Notes: generated by a model not told the origin, from the letters alone. DNA of 64,000 nt from Coprobacter sp. (GCA_022511245.1 JAFLRV010000001.1:5788-69787), one strand, 5' to 3'; counted from the first letter of the stretch, positions 9,953 to 20,195 are shown. A program made the numbers and translations.

Positions 9953-11317
9953 ATGGCAGCAAAACCGTCGATTCCCAAAGGTACACGCGACTTCTCTCCC
10001 ACCGAGATGGCCAAACGCAACTATATATTCAACACCATCAGCGAAGTATTCCGTCTTTTCGGCTTCGAACAGATAGAGACCCCCGCTATGGAGAACCTCT
10101 CCACCCTCATGGGAAAATACGGGGAAGAGGGAGATAAATTACTCTTCAAAATCCTGAACTCCGGCGATTTCCTGTCACATACCGGCGATGAAGAGCTGCT
10201 GGCCCGCAACACCAACAAACTGGCCGCCGCCCTTTGTGAAAAAGGATTGCGGTACGACCTGACCGTTCCGTTCGCCCGGTTTGTCGTGATGCACCAGAAC
10301 GAAATCAATTTTCCCTTCAAGCGGTATCAGTTGCAGCCGGTGTGGCGGGCCGACCGTCCGCAAAAAGGACGTTACCGTGAGTTTTACCAATGCGACGCCG
10401 ATGTCGTAGGCTCCAACTCCCTGCTCAACGAAGTGGAACTGCTGCAACTTATCGACGAAGTGTACCGCCGTTTCGGCATACGGGTGTCGATTAAACTGAA
10501 CAACCGGAAAATCCTCAGCGGCATTGCCGAAATCATCGGAGAACCGGAAAAAATCACAGATATTACGGTAGCGATAGACAAACTCGACAAGATAGGCCTG
10601 GACAAGGTAAACGAAGAACTGCTGTCGAAAGGCATTCCCGCCGAATCGGTAGACCGGTTGCAGCCCATTATCCTGCTGCAAGGCGCCAACCGGGAAAAAC
10701 TCGCCACCTTGCGAACCGTACTGAAAGAGTCGGAAACCGGCATCAAAGGTATCGACGAACTCGAATATATTCTGGACAAAATCGAAACCTCTCCCCTGCA
10801 TTCGGAGCTGGAAATAGACCTCACGCTGGCACGCGGACTGAATTATTACACCGGAGCCATTGTCGAAGTCAAAGCGCTGGATGTGGAAATAGGCAGCATT
10901 ACCGGCGGAGGACGGTACGACAACCTGACCGGCGTATTCGGCATGCCCGGCATTTCGGGGGTGGGCATCTCGTTCGGAGCCGACCGCATTTTCGATGTCC
11001 TCAACCAGCTTGACCTCTACCCCGAAGATTCGCTGCAAACGACACAAATCCTGTTCGTCAACTTCGGAGAACGGGAAGAGGCCGTATGTCTCTCTTACCT
11101 GCCCCGCTTCCGGGCGGCCGGCATACGGAGCGAGATTTATCCCGAAGCGGCCAAAATGAAAAAGCAGATGAGTTACGCCAACGCCAAGAAAATCCATTTT
11201 GTCGCTCTGGTAGGAGAATCGGAAATCGAAGCCGGCAAAATCACGCTGAAAAACATGATTACCGGCGAACAGCAGCTGCTTTCGGTCGAGGAAGCCATTG
11301 CACACATCCAATCCTGA
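9953..11317 (+). CDS. hisS: histidine--tRNA ligase
   Basis: [29 protein letters not shown]...; class II motifs ([34 protein letters not shown]); C-terminal anticodon-binding domain. Confidence 0.95.
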   Translation: MAAKPSIPKGTRDFSPTEMAKRNYIFNTISEVFRLFGFEQIETPAMENLSTLMGKYGEEGDKLLFKILNSGDFLSHTGDEELLARNTNKLAAALCEKGLRYDLTVPFARFVVMHQNEINFPFKRYQLQPVWRADRPQKGRYREFYQCDADVVGSNSLLNEVELLQLIDEVYRRFGIRVSIKLNNRKILSGIAEIIGEPEKITDITVAIDKLDKIGLDKVNEELLSKGIPAESVDRLQPIILLQGANREKLATLRTVLKESETGIKGIDELEYILDKIETSPLHSELEIDLTLARGLNYYTGAIVEVKALDVEIGSITGGGRYDNLTGVFGMPGISGVGISFGADRIFDVLNQLDLYPEDSLQTTQILFVNFGEREEAVCLSYLPRFRAAGIRSEIYPEAAKMKKQMSYANAKKIHFVALVGESEIEAGKITLKNMITGEQQLLSVEEAIAHIQS

Positions 11318-11321
11318 CGCC

Positions 11322-11822
11322 ATGTTCTCGGCCCGGAAAGCGACAGTCGAAGATGCCGCCCTGATACAGCGGCTGGCCTCGCAGGTATGGAGCCATACCT
11401 ACGGACACATTCTGTCTGCCGAACAACTCGACTACATGTTCGACATGATGTATTCCATCCCCTCCCTGCAACATCAGATGGGACCGGCAGGACACCGGTA
11501 TTTCATCGCCAGCCGCAACGGCACTCCCTGCGGATATGTCTCTGTCGAACGGGAAGGCGAGCAGCATTTCCACCTGCAAAAAATATATGTTGTGCCCGAT
11601 GCGCAAGGCACGGGAGCCGGCCGTTTCCTCATGCAAACGGCACTCGACCACGTGAAAAGCCTGTGTCCCGACCGGCCCTGTACGGTCGAACTCAATGTGA
11701 ACCGGGAAAACAAGGCCCGGCAGTTTTACGAACATATGGGATATACGGTGGTTCGCAGCGGAGATTTTCCCATCGGGAACGGATATTACATGAACGATTA
11801 CATCATGTCCATTACGATTTAA
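11322..11822 (+). CDS. GNAT family N-acetyltransferase
   Basis: Start taken at MFSARKATVED. The acetyl-CoA motif is LQKIYVVPDAQGTGAGRFLM. About 166 aa. Confidence 0.8.
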   Translation: MFSARKATVEDAALIQRLASQVWSHTYGHILSAEQLDYMFDMMYSIPSLQHQMGPAGHRYFIASRNGTPCGYVSVEREGEQHFHLQKIYVVPDAQGTGAGRFLMQTALDHVKSLCPDRPCTVELNVNRENKARQFYEHMGYTVVRSGDFPIGNGYYMNDYIMSITI

Positions 11823-11861
11823 TCACGAGCCCTTTTTGATAACGATTTCTCTATTTGACGG

Positions 11862-11886
11862 CAACATTTCAGGCACAGAAATGTTG
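11862..11886 (+). terminator. 9-bp hairpin downstream of the GNAT gene
   Basis: caacatttc-aggcaca-gaaatgttg. A T-run follows only after 11 more nt, so this may be a terminator or just a stable hairpin. Confidence 0.35.
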
Positions 11887-12016
11887 TTATAGCAGGTTTT
11901 TTATTCTTTTCATTAAAAAATCTCCCTAAACAGGAGAATATTTAAAAATAAAATTCTATATTTATCTACATATTTAGAGTAAACAACTATATATACAAAA
12001 TAAAATAGACCATTTT

Positions 12017-12964
12017 ATGGAAAAGATAGCTCAAAAACTGACCGACCTTATCGGAAACACTCCGTTGCTGGAGTTTTCGAATTTCAACAGCCGGCACGGA
12101 CTCCCGGCCCGCATCATCGGAAAACTGGAATATTTCAATCCTGCCGGAAGCGTAAAAGACCGCATCGCCCTCGCCATGATAGAGCGGGCCGAAGCCGACG
12201 GGACACTGAAACCGGGAGCCGTCATCATAGAGCCCACGAGCGGAAATACCGGCGTAGGGCTGGCATTCGTCTCGGCATCGAAAGGATACCGGCTCATACT
12301 CACCATGCCTGACACCATGAGTATCGAACGGCGCAATCTGCTCCGGGCACTGGGTGCCGAAATCGTACTCACGGCCGGAGCGGCCGGTATGAAAGGAGCC
12401 ATTGCCAAAGCGGAGGAACTGAGAGACCAGACTCCCGGCAGTCTCATTCTGCAACAGTTCGAGAACCCGGCCAACCCTGCCGTACACAAAAGAACGACAG
12501 CCGAAGAGATTTGGCGGGACACCGACGGAAAAATAGATATTTTCGTTGCCGGAGTGGGAACCGGAGGTACGGTCAGCGGAGTGGGCGAACGGCTCAAGGA
12601 ACTGAATCCCCGAATAAAAATCGTGGCTGTCGAACCGGCCGCTTCACCGGTGCTGTCGGGCGGCCAGCCGGGTCCGCACAAGATACAGGGTATCGGGGCC
12701 GGATTCGTTCCCCGCACATTCAACCGCTCGGTTGTCGACGAAATCATTCCCGTAGAAAACGATGATGCCATACGCACCAGCCGGGAACTGGCCCGACAGG
12801 AGGGGCTTCTGGTCGGTATTTCCTCCGGAGCCGCCGCCTATGCCGCCACCCGACTGGCCCGCCGCCCCGAAAACGAAGGCAAAATCATCGTAGCCCTGCT
12901 CCCCGATACCGGAGAACGGTATCTGTCGACAGATCTTTATGCATTCGAGGAGTATCCGTTATGA
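12017..12964 (+). CDS. cysK: cysteine synthase A (O-acetylserine sulfhydrylase)
   Basis: 315 aa. Contains the PLP lysine motif [21 protein letters not shown] and [12 protein letters not shown]. Confidence 0.92.
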   Translation: MEKIAQKLTDLIGNTPLLEFSNFNSRHGLPARIIGKLEYFNPAGSVKDRIALAMIERAEADGTLKPGAVIIEPTSGNTGVGLAFVSASKGYRLILTMPDTMSIERRNLLRALGAEIVLTAGAAGMKGAIAKAEELRDQTPGSLILQQFENPANPAVHKRTTAEEIWRDTDGKIDIFVAGVGTGGTVSGVGERLKELNPRIKIVAVEPAASPVLSGGQPGPHKIQGIGAGFVPRTFNRSVVDEIIPVENDDAIRTSRELARQEGLLVGISSGAAAYAATRLARRPENEGKIIVALLPDTGERYLSTDLYAFEEYPL

Positions 12965-12967
12965 TGT

Positions 12968-14074
12968 CTACGACTGTTTTTTATAGGTGACGGCCGCCAG
13001 AAGATTAAAGGCCACAGCAAAAACAGCCAGTGCGATATAATCGGCATGCAGTTCGGAAACGGAAGTCCCTTTCAGATAAACCGAACGCATCACCCCGACA
13101 AAATATCTGGGCGGGAATACGACCGTTATTTTCTGTGCCCAGTCCGGCATTGATTCTACAGGAGTCATCAGCCCGCTCATAAGCACAAACAGCATGACAA
13201 AGAAAAACATGACAAACATAGCCTGCTGCATGGTCTCCGAGCGGTTGGCCAGCACCACTCCGAATCCGGACATGGCCAGAACGAACAGTCCGGCGGCCAG
13301 GTATATCGCCCCCAGCGACCCGACCGGAGAAAGACCGTAAACGAGCCGGGCCAACAGCATCGCCACTGAAAGCGCAAACAGGCCGATAATCCAGTAGGGT
13401 ATCAGTTTACCCAGCGTGAAAGTCATCCGGTTAAGCGGGGTAACATTCATCTGCTCTATCGTACCCCGCTCCTTTTCACTCACGATATTGAGCGTGGGCA
13501 GGAAGCAGCACAGCATAATCAGCAGCATTATCATTAACGCCGGTATCATATAATGCCGGTAATCCAGTATCTCGTTATAACGATACTGTACGGCGAAAAA
13601 ATCCGAAATCGCCGCTCCGCTCCCTTTTTCAGCCTGCGCATCCCGCAAGGTGCGGGAAATCACCTGCAACACATATTGCATGCCCAGTGCACCTTTGGAG
13701 GCATTGACCGAGTTGGCCGATACACTGACAGGACGGGGAGAGGCCAGCACCATATCCCGTTCGAAATGGCGGGGAATTTCCACTATCACATCGACCTCAC
13801 CCTGCTCCAGCAGCTGCAGCGCAGCCGCATAACCGGGCACATCACCGTATACCGTAAACCAGCCTGAGGCTTCGAGGTGCGACAACATACGCTGCGAAAG
13901 CGGCGAACGGTCGGCATCGACCACCGCTACCCCGACATGGCGCACATCCATCGTCGTTACCAGAGGAATAACCAGCATCACCATAATCGGGAATACGATT
14001 ATCAGTTTGGGCATAAACGAGTTGCGGAATATCTGCCGGAACTCTTTTTCCAAAAGAATTGCCAAAATACGCAT
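12968..14074 (-). CDS. ABC-2 type transporter permease (YbhR/YbhS-like)
   Basis: 368 aa with an N-terminal TM helix, a large extracytoplasmic loop and a 5-TM ABC-2 core. It is the last gene of the efflux operon. Confidence 0.85.
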   Translation of the reverse strand: MRILAILLEKEFRQIFRNSFMPKLIIVFPIMVMLVIPLVTTMDVRHVGVAVVDADRSPLSQRMLSHLEASGWFTVYGDVPGYAAALQLLEQGEVDVIVEIPRHFERDMVLASPRPVSVSANSVNASKGALGMQYVLQVISRTLRDAQAEKGSGAAISDFFAVQYRYNEILDYRHYMIPALMIMLLIMLCCFLPTLNIVSEKERGTIEQMNVTPLNRMTFTLGKLIPYWIIGLFALSVAMLLARLVYGLSPVGSLGAIYLAAGLFVLAMSGFGVVLANRSETMQQAMFVMFFFVMLFVLMSGLMTPVESMPDWAQKITVVFPPRYFVGVMRSVYLKGTSVSELHADYIALAVFAVAFNLLAAVTYKKQS

Positions 14075-14080
14075 GACGTT

Positions 14081-15175
14081 CTATTCCAGTTTATCGTTAA
14101 ACTTACGGAGAGAGACTCCGGTCAATACGGCAATCATGGCGCACAACACCGCGATTTCCCGCCATACGGCTGCAACGGGCAATCCCTCAATCATCATTTT
14201 CCGCATGGCCGAGATGTACCAGCGGGCCGGGATGCAGCAGGATATTCCTTGCAAAACGACCGGCATATTCTCTACGGGAAACAACATTCCCGACAACATA
14301 ATCATGGGCAGTATCATGACCATAGCCGATACCAGCAAAGCGGCCACCTGTGTCTGCGCCACAGTGGAAACAAACAGTCCGAGCGCCAGTGCCAGCACCA
14401 GATAAAGCAACGATACGGCCACAATCCCGCCGACACCGCCGCTCATGGGAATCTCCAGCACATACCGGGCCAGGAGCAGAATGACAGCCAGCATAATGCA
14501 GGAAACGCCCAGATAGGGAATCATTTTGGCGGCCACGATTTTCAGCGGCCGCACCGGCGATACCAGCAGCACCTCCATCGTACCGGTCTCTTTTTCCCGG
14601 ACAATCGACACCGAAGTCATCATGGCGCATACCAGAATAAAGATAACGCCCATAATACCCGGAACGAAGTTATAAGCACTTTTCATTTGCGGATTATAGA
14701 GCAGCCGGGTTTCAAACACCGTCGGCACCGGACGCTCTGCCGACAGTGCATTCTGCAGATACAGCGCCGCCGAAGAGGCGGTATTGGTATTCGAGGCGTC
14801 CACGACAATCTGCACGGGCGGTTTCACCGGAATATTCTGTTCCGCCTGTAGCAGCGTACGGTCATAGTCTGCATCGAACACGACGACGGCCAGCACCTCT
14901 CCCGACCGCAGTTTCACATCGACATCCTGTTCGGAGATATAGCCGCAAAAGGAGAAACAGCCGTTCCGGCTCAACCGGTCGACAGCCTCCCGGATACCGT
15001 CGCTCCGGACGGGAGCGACCACCGCCACCCGAACATCGTTCACTTCGGTCGATATGGCAAACCCGAACAACATCAGCATGACGGCCGGCATCAGGATGAC
15101 CACCAGCATCGTGCGCCTGTCCCGCAGGATATGCAAAGACTCCTTGCGTACAAATTGTATAAAATTATTCTTCAT
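14081..15175 (-). CDS. ABC-2 type transporter permease (YbhS/YbhR-like)
   Basis: 364 aa with the same topology as its paralogous neighbour. Confidence 0.85.
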   Translation of the reverse strand: MKNNFIQFVRKESLHILRDRRTMLVVILMPAVMLMLFGFAISTEVNDVRVAVVAPVRSDGIREAVDRLSRNGCFSFCGYISEQDVDVKLRSGEVLAVVVFDADYDRTLLQAEQNIPVKPPVQIVVDASNTNTASSAALYLQNALSAERPVPTVFETRLLYNPQMKSAYNFVPGIMGVIFILVCAMMTSVSIVREKETGTMEVLLVSPVRPLKIVAAKMIPYLGVSCIMLAVILLLARYVLEIPMSGGVGGIVAVSLLYLVLALALGLFVSTVAQTQVAALLVSAMVMILPMIMLSGMLFPVENMPVVLQGISCCIPARWYISAMRKMMIEGLPVAAVWREIAVLCAMIAVLTGVSLRKFNDKLE

Positions 15176-15177
15176 AA

Positions 15178-15921
15178 CTATTCACCCCGTTTAGCGTTGC
15201 GGGCCAGTATACGGAAAACCTCGTCCATAGACCCGGCAGCAAACTGCCGTTTCAGTTCGGACGGCGTACCCAGCGCCCTGATTTCACCGTCGACCATCAC
15301 CGACACCCGATGACAATACTCGGCCTCGTCCATATAGTGTGTCGTCACAAATACCGTCGTTCCGGCATCGGCCGCCTCATAAATCAGCTCCCAGAACTGC
15401 CGGCGGGTGACCGGGTCGACCCCGCCCGTAGGTTCATCCAGAAAGACAATTTCGGGGCGGTGCAGCGTAGCAATCGAAAAGGCCAGTTTCTGTTTCCAGC
15501 CTAACGGCAGCGACCCGACCAGCGAATGGCGTTCCGGAGCGAAATCGAGACGGGACAGCAGTTCGGCCGCACGGGTCCGGGTATCGGCTCCCGAAAGACC
15601 GTAAATCCCGGCAAAAAGACGAATATTTTCCATTACCGTCAAATCGTCATACAACGAAAATTTCTGGCTCATATAACCGATGCGGCGTTTTATCTTTTCG
15701 CCCGACCGCACCACATCGAATCCGGCGACCGTACCGCTGCCGGAGGTGGGAAAACTCAAGCCGCAGAGCATACGCATCGCCGTTGTCTTTCCGGCCCCGT
15801 TCGCTCCCAGAAAACCGAATATTTCGCCCCGAAACACGTCGAACGAAATACGGTCTACCGCCGTAAAATCACCGAACCGTTTGGTCAACTCCCGGACCGA
15901 TATGACCACCTCCTTTTTCAT
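15178..15921 (-). CDS. ABC transporter ATP-binding protein
   Basis: Walker A GANGAGKTT, signature MSQKFSLY/LSLGWKQKL, Walker B IVFLDEPTGGVD. ATGA overlap with the upstream ATPase gene. Confidence 0.9.
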   Translation of the reverse strand: MKKEVVISVRELTKRFGDFTAVDRISFDVFRGEIFGFLGANGAGKTTAMRMLCGLSFPTSGSGTVAGFDVVRSGEKIKRRIGYMSQKFSLYDDLTVMENIRLFAGIYGLSGADTRTRAAELLSRLDFAPERHSLVGSLPLGWKQKLAFSIATLHRPEIVFLDEPTGGVDPVTRRQFWELIYEAADAGTTVFVTTHYMDEAEYCHRVSVMVDGEIRALGTPSELKRQFAAGSMDEVFRILARNAKRGE

Positions 15922-16823
15922 CGTCCCATCAGTTTTATAAACATGTCCTCAATGGCAGGCACGGCCGGACGGATGCTCAATCCGGTCACCCCTTTGTCCC
16001 GAAGTGCGGCCGCAAAACGCTCCGGAGAAAAACCCGCTCCGGCTATCAGGTGATGGGCCTCTCCGAACGGATAGCATGCAACGACCTCCCGAATCCGGCG
16101 GGACTCCTGAAGCAACAGATACATATTGTCGGCCGCAACCGCAAAGAGCGGAGCGCCGAACCGGGCCACCAGTCCGGACGGCGTATCGACATCCAGCAGG
16201 CTCCCCTCGTTGCAAAGGGCCACCCGGTCGCATCGGGAGGCTTCGTCCATATACGGCGTGGAGACCAGCATGGTTATGCCTTTCGATTTCAGCTGCGTCA
16301 GCATATCCCAGAATTCACTGCGGGAAACCGCATCGACACCGGTAGTGGGCTCGTCCAAAAAAAGAACCGAAGGGCGGTGTATCAATGCACACGACAGGGC
16401 CAGTTTCTGTTTCATCCCGCCCGACAATTTGCCTGCCCGACGGTGTCTGAACGGTTCTATCTGCCGGTAAACCGGAGCAATCAAATCATATGATTCCTCG
16501 ACCCGGCTGCCGAACAGCGCAGCAAAAAAACGCAGATTTTCTTCAACGGTCAGGTCGGGATAGAGTGAAAAGCGTCCCGGCATATACCCTACCCGCTCCC
16601 GGATGAGGCGATAATCGGAAACGATGTCGAGACCCTCGACAACGGCCGTACCGGCATCGGGATTCAACAGGGTCGTCAGCAGCCGGAACAGCGTGGTTTT
16701 TCCGGCTCCGTCGGGGCCTATCAGCCCGAACAGTTCGCCACGCTCCACCTCGAACGAAACATCGTTCAGGGCGTTCACTTTTCCGTAGCTTTTCGACAGA
16801 TGACGGACTTCGATGCTGTTCAT
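15918..16823 (-). CDS. ABC transporter ATP-binding protein (with C-terminal extension)
   Basis: Walker A GPDGAGKTT, signature LSGGMKQKL, Walker B LFLDEPTTGVD. ATGA overlap with the upstream HlyD gene. Confidence 0.9.
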   Translation of the reverse strand: MNSIEVRHLSKSYGKVNALNDVSFEVERGELFGLIGPDGAGKTTLFRLLTTLLNPDAGTAVVEGLDIVSDYRLIRERVGYMPGRFSLYPDLTVEENLRFFAALFGSRVEESYDLIAPVYRQIEPFRHRRAGKLSGGMKQKLALSCALIHRPSVLFLDEPTTGVDAVSRSEFWDMLTQLKSKGITMLVSTPYMDEASRCDRVALCNEGSLLDVDTPSGLVARFGAPLFAVAADNMYLLLQESRRIREVVACYPFGEAHHLIAGAGFSPERFAAALRDKGVTGLSIRPAVPAIEDMFIKLMGR

Positions 16824-17710
16824 GGCAGAAAAACCTCTCCGGACAATCCTATTTTCAACCGGCCGTCGTTCTTAACGGCGATTTTGACCGCATATACCAG
16901 ATTGGAACGGGAGTTCCGCGTCTGAATCGTTTTCGGCGTAAATTCGCTTTCGGAAGCAATCCAGGTAATACGGCCACCGTAATCGAACCGGGTATCGCCG
17001 CCGAAATCGGCCGTCACCCGAACCGAATCTCCGACTTGTATAGCGGCCAGCTGTTCCGACGTGAAATAGGCCCGCAACGAGAGATTTTCCAAATCGGCCA
17101 CTTTCATCAGCGGTTTTCCCACCGCCGTCATCTCTCCGGCCTGCGCATATTTCACCAGCACCGTACCGGATACGGGCGATACGATGCGGCACCGCCGGAT
17201 ACGGTCGGCCAGCAGCTCCGCCTGCGCATCGAGGGCGGCGGCATTCTCATCGAGAGCGGCCGTATTGTTGCCTAAGGTCGACAAAGCGGCCGACAGTTCT
17301 CCTTCCAGCACCCGAATGCGGGCTTCCATATCGTCGGCCTGTTTGGGAGCGGCGGCTCCGTCTTTCAGCAAATTCCGGACCCGCTCCAATTCGCTCTTCT
17401 GATTGGCAATCTGTTCCCGCAGCGAAACGACCTGTTTCTGTATGTCGGGCCGGCTTTTCAGCAAAGCGGCCTGCTGTGCTCTGACCTGCCGGTACTGCAA
17501 ATGCAGCGGCAAACTGTCTATCACGCCCGTTTCTGCTCCGGCCTCGACCGGCTGTCCCTCTTCGACATCGAACCGAAGAATGCGCCCGGCGGCCTCCGAC
17601 GACACGACAATCTCCGTAGCCTCGAAAGTACCGGTGGCATCAAATGTTTTTTTGTCTCCGCAAGCGACCAGCATACCGGCCGCTGCAACTGAAATCAAGA
17701 TATGTTTCAT
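16820..17710 (-). CDS. HlyD family secretion/adaptor protein (YbhG-like lipoprotein)
   Basis: Lipobox MKHILISVAAAGMLVACG, a central coiled coil and barrel-sandwich ends. Confidence 0.85.
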   Translation of the reverse strand: MKHILISVAAAGMLVACGDKKTFDATGTFEATEIVVSSEAAGRILRFDVEEGQPVEAGAETGVIDSLPLHLQYRQVRAQQAALLKSRPDIQKQVVSLREQIANQKSELERVRNLLKDGAAAPKQADDMEARIRVLEGELSAALSTLGNNTAALDENAAALDAQAELLADRIRRCRIVSPVSGTVLVKYAQAGEMTAVGKPLMKVADLENLSLRAYFTSEQLAAIQVGDSVRVTADFGGDTRFDYGGRITWIASESEFTPKTIQTRNSRSNLVYAVKIAVKNDGRLKIGLSGEVFLP

Positions 17711-17725
17711 CTTATGGTAATGTGT

Positions 17726-19009
17726 TTACTGGTTATACATATGTTTCAGGCGGCAGAGCGACTGCAACAATTCGGTCTCATGGGTGCGGCGGGCCAGCGA
17801 GGCCGTCGTTTCATCGGTAATTTTCTGCAACAGAGCGGTAACGTCGATTACGCCGTTTTCGAGCTGCGATTCGGCAGCCATACGCACCCGACGCCGCAGT
17901 TCCACGATGCGGTCGTCATCGGCGACTGCCCGGCGCAACCGTTCGATTTCGCCCTCCTCCCGGCTGCTTCCCAGCCGGGTATTGAAAAGAAATATCTCCC
18001 GGTTCACCTCTACCTGACTGCGACGGGTACGGATGAGCTGCAGGTCATTCTTCCGGGTATAGAACGCTCCTATATTCCACGACAGGCGTACTCCGGCCAC
18101 GAGATTCAACGACCACTCCTCCGACAGCATGCTCTGAAACATATCCAGTCCCGGATATCCGTAATAGCCCTGTGCAAAAGCACTGAATCGGGGCATCACC
18201 GTCGAATGGAGCGATTTTTCCTGTGCGGTCAGACGGTGAAGCTGGGCATCAAACAGCGACAGTTCGGGCCGGGCCGACTCCCGGCTCCGTAATCCCTGCA
18301 CCTCCGGAACCGGCAACCGGGTATCGTTCAACGGCCGGCCGATAAAAAGCTCCAGCATCTGCCGGAAACACAACCGGGAAAGAGTTGCCTGCTCCAGCAT
18401 CTGTTTGGCCGCCAGCATTTCGGCTTCTACCGCATCGGCATCGGCCTGCATGGCGGCGCCGTTGCGGCAATAGGACTGAATCTTGTCGAAATTGCGGCGC
18501 AACAGCGTCAGTTTGGCTTCGGCCTGTTCGATTTGCCCGTCCAGCAGCAATATGCCGAAATACAAGTCGTCGATGCGTTCTTCCAGCGCATACAGGTCAA
18601 CCTCAGCGGCTCTCCGCTGCTCTTCGGCACCGGCCTTTATCTCTTCCCGACGGGCCCGGTTCTGACCGCCGTCCCAGATATTCTGGTAAATGTCGAGCGC
18701 TATTTTATACTGGTCTTTGCGCAACCCGGCCATATCGACGCCGCGAGCAGCCAGCATATCGGCCAACACACGGGGATAGGTGGGCGTGGCCGACTGGTAA
18801 GACGCCTGCCCCGACAGGGTCAGCTGCGGAATCCACGACCGGGCGGCATTGGACAAATTATACTGTTCGCTCTGCGCAATCAAATCGTATTGCCTGATTT
18901 CGGGATAGTGCTCCTGCGCCCAACGGCGACAGTCGTCCAGAGTCTGTGCTCCGGCAGACATTCCGGTCGCAACCGCAACGGCCAAAGTGAAACATCGCCA
19001 ATTTTTCAT
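17726..19009 (-). CDS. TolC family outer membrane protein
   Basis: 427 aa with a signal peptide and a duplicated OMF repeat structure. ATGA overlap with the TetR gene upstream. Confidence 0.85.
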   Translation of the reverse strand: MKNWRCFTLAVAVATGMSAGAQTLDDCRRWAQEHYPEIRQYDLIAQSEQYNLSNAARSWIPQLTLSGQASYQSATPTYPRVLADMLAARGVDMAGLRKDQYKIALDIYQNIWDGGQNRARREEIKAGAEEQRRAAEVDLYALEERIDDLYFGILLLDGQIEQAEAKLTLLRRNFDKIQSYCRNGAAMQADADAVEAEMLAAKQMLEQATLSRLCFRQMLELFIGRPLNDTRLPVPEVQGLRSRESARPELSLFDAQLHRLTAQEKSLHSTVMPRFSAFAQGYYGYPGLDMFQSMLSEEWSLNLVAGVRLSWNIGAFYTRKNDLQLIRTRRSQVEVNREIFLFNTRLGSSREEGEIERLRRAVADDDRIVELRRRVRMAAESQLENGVIDVTALLQKITDETTASLARRTHETELLQSLCRLKHMYNQ

Positions 19010-19647
19010 ATCGTATTGTTTTTGCGTATCCGTCGGTTTATGGTCTCTATCGTCTCGGACTTCCGCAGAAGCCAGAAACGTTCCCGGTCGGCAGCCACAT
19101 CGCCGAAAGAGGGCTGTACGACGGGATAGACAAGAAAGGGCGCAATGTTCAGGGAAACGATGTCCAGCATCAGCATGCGCACATCTATCTGCTCTATTTC
19201 TCCCCGAAGTGCAGCCGCATCGATATCCTGCTGCAACCGGACAAACATGGAACCGGCAATGCGGGCGACATGCTGCTGCATTATCGCCAGCCGGTCGGGA
19301 TGGGTAATCACTTCGTTGATGATAAATCGGGGCAAATCGGGATTGGCCATCACAAAATCGAAATGCCGGGATATTCCTTGTGCCAGCCGCTCCTGCAACG
19401 GCAGTTCCGGATCGCCCAATACGGCCAGCATCGAAGAGGCCATGAGCGTCATCTTCTCTTCCAGAATGCGCTCGAAAAGCTGTTCTTTGGTACGGAAATA
19501 GTAGTGAAGCATGGCATGTGTAACTCCGGCAGCAGCGGCAATCGAAATCGTGCGTGCGCCGTCATACCCTTTGGAGAGAAACTCCTGCTCGGCCGCTTGC
19601 AGAATCAACTGCTCCTTGCTCTGTTTTTCGGTCTCTTCGGTCTTCAT
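19006..19647 (-). CDS. TetR/AcrR family transcriptional regulator (CecR-like position)
   Basis: The first ATG gives MKTEETEKQSKEQLILQAAEQEFLSKGYDGARTISIAAAAGVTHAMLHYYFRTKEQL (TetR HTH). The track start at 19686 is a TTG and would overlap the operator and promoter. Confidence 0.85.
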   Translation of the reverse strand: MKTEETEKQSKEQLILQAAEQEFLSKGYDGARTISIAAAAGVTHAMLHYYFRTKEQLFERILEEKMTLMASSMLAVLGDPELPLQERLAQGISRHFDFVMANPDLPRFIINEVITHPDRLAIMQQHVARIAGSMFVRLQQDIDAAALRGEIEQIDVRMLMLDIVSLNIAPFLVYPVVQPSFGDVAADRERFWLLRKSETIETINRRIRKNNTI

Positions 19648-19662
19648 TCTTACCTTCTTTCT

Positions 19663-19699
19663 TGTATTAACAAAGTTATCTAACAATTTTGTTAATACA
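19663..19699. promoter_or_regulatory. perfect 12-bp inverted repeat, a putative TetR operator
   Basis: TGTATTAACAAA (19663-19674) and TTTGTTAATACA (19688-19699) separated by 13 bp. It lies 16 nt upstream of the TetR ATG and overlaps the -7 box. Confidence 0.55.
19671..19678 (-). promoter_or_regulatory. TAnnTTTG -7 box for the TetR-efflux operon
   Basis: The minus strand reads TAACTTTG, 24 nt upstream of the ATG at 19647, inside the left operator half-site. Confidence 0.45.
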
Positions 19700-19786
19700 A
19701 AAGTAAAGCTATTTTTTCATTTTCCAAATTTTTCGAAAAAAAATTTTTCGCCGCACCGAAAACCGAATGCCGCACCGGTACAAAAA

Positions 19787-19813
19787 ACGCTCCGGAATGC
19801 GGAGCGTTTTTTT
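19787..19813 (-). terminator. bidirectional-looking rho-independent terminator after the tsaE/Imm17-like transcript
   Basis: 8-bp GC-rich stem acgctccg/cggagcgt flanked by an A-run (19782-19787) and a T-run (19807-19813). Confidence 0.6.
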
Positions 19814-19973
19814 GTCAACGGAAAATATTTTTCAGAATTTCCATCCCAAGCGGATGGCCGGAACAGCTTTGAATGCGAGGCTTACACTGGTATGTTTCGC
19901 ATTCGAACTTTCAGATACCGTTTCTTTCGTATTATCCTCGTAGTCATGTTTGCTGTTCTTTCGAAAAAGAGGG

Positions 19974-20189
19974 TTACCACAGGGTGCGCCCGACAGAAAA
20001 GGCCATACCCAAAATAAAGGCGCCCAGCAGGGCGTAGAGGATACGGGCCCCCGTCCGGCCCAGCCACCGGACGAAGAGCGCCACGTTTTTGCTCTCGAAA
20101 AACCAGTTCCAGTCGGCCAGCGAGGCCGCCAGCGAAAGGAGTCCCAATACAAAGAAGAGGGACACCACAATAATCGTACTTGCCTGCAT
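19974..20189 (-). CDS. small two-TM membrane protein resembling the Imm17 (immunity protein 17) family
   Basis: 71 aa, MQASTIIVVSLFFVLGLLSLAASLADWNWFFESKNVALFVRWLGRTGARILYALLGAFILGMAF. The DWNWFF...GRxGARxxY pattern matches my recollection of Imm17 proteins. Not verified by search. Confidence 0.45.
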   Translation of the reverse strand: MQASTIIVVSLFFVLGLLSLAASLADWNWFFESKNVALFVRWLGRTGARILYALLGAFILGMAFSVGRTLW

Positions 20190-20195
20190 ATGTTT

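Noticed and set aside
19648-19686. N-terminal extension of the TetR ORF (track start at 19686)
   Set aside because: That start codon is TTG. The extension would overlap the inverted-repeat operator and the -7 box. The first ATG (19647) gives a normal TetR N-terminus.
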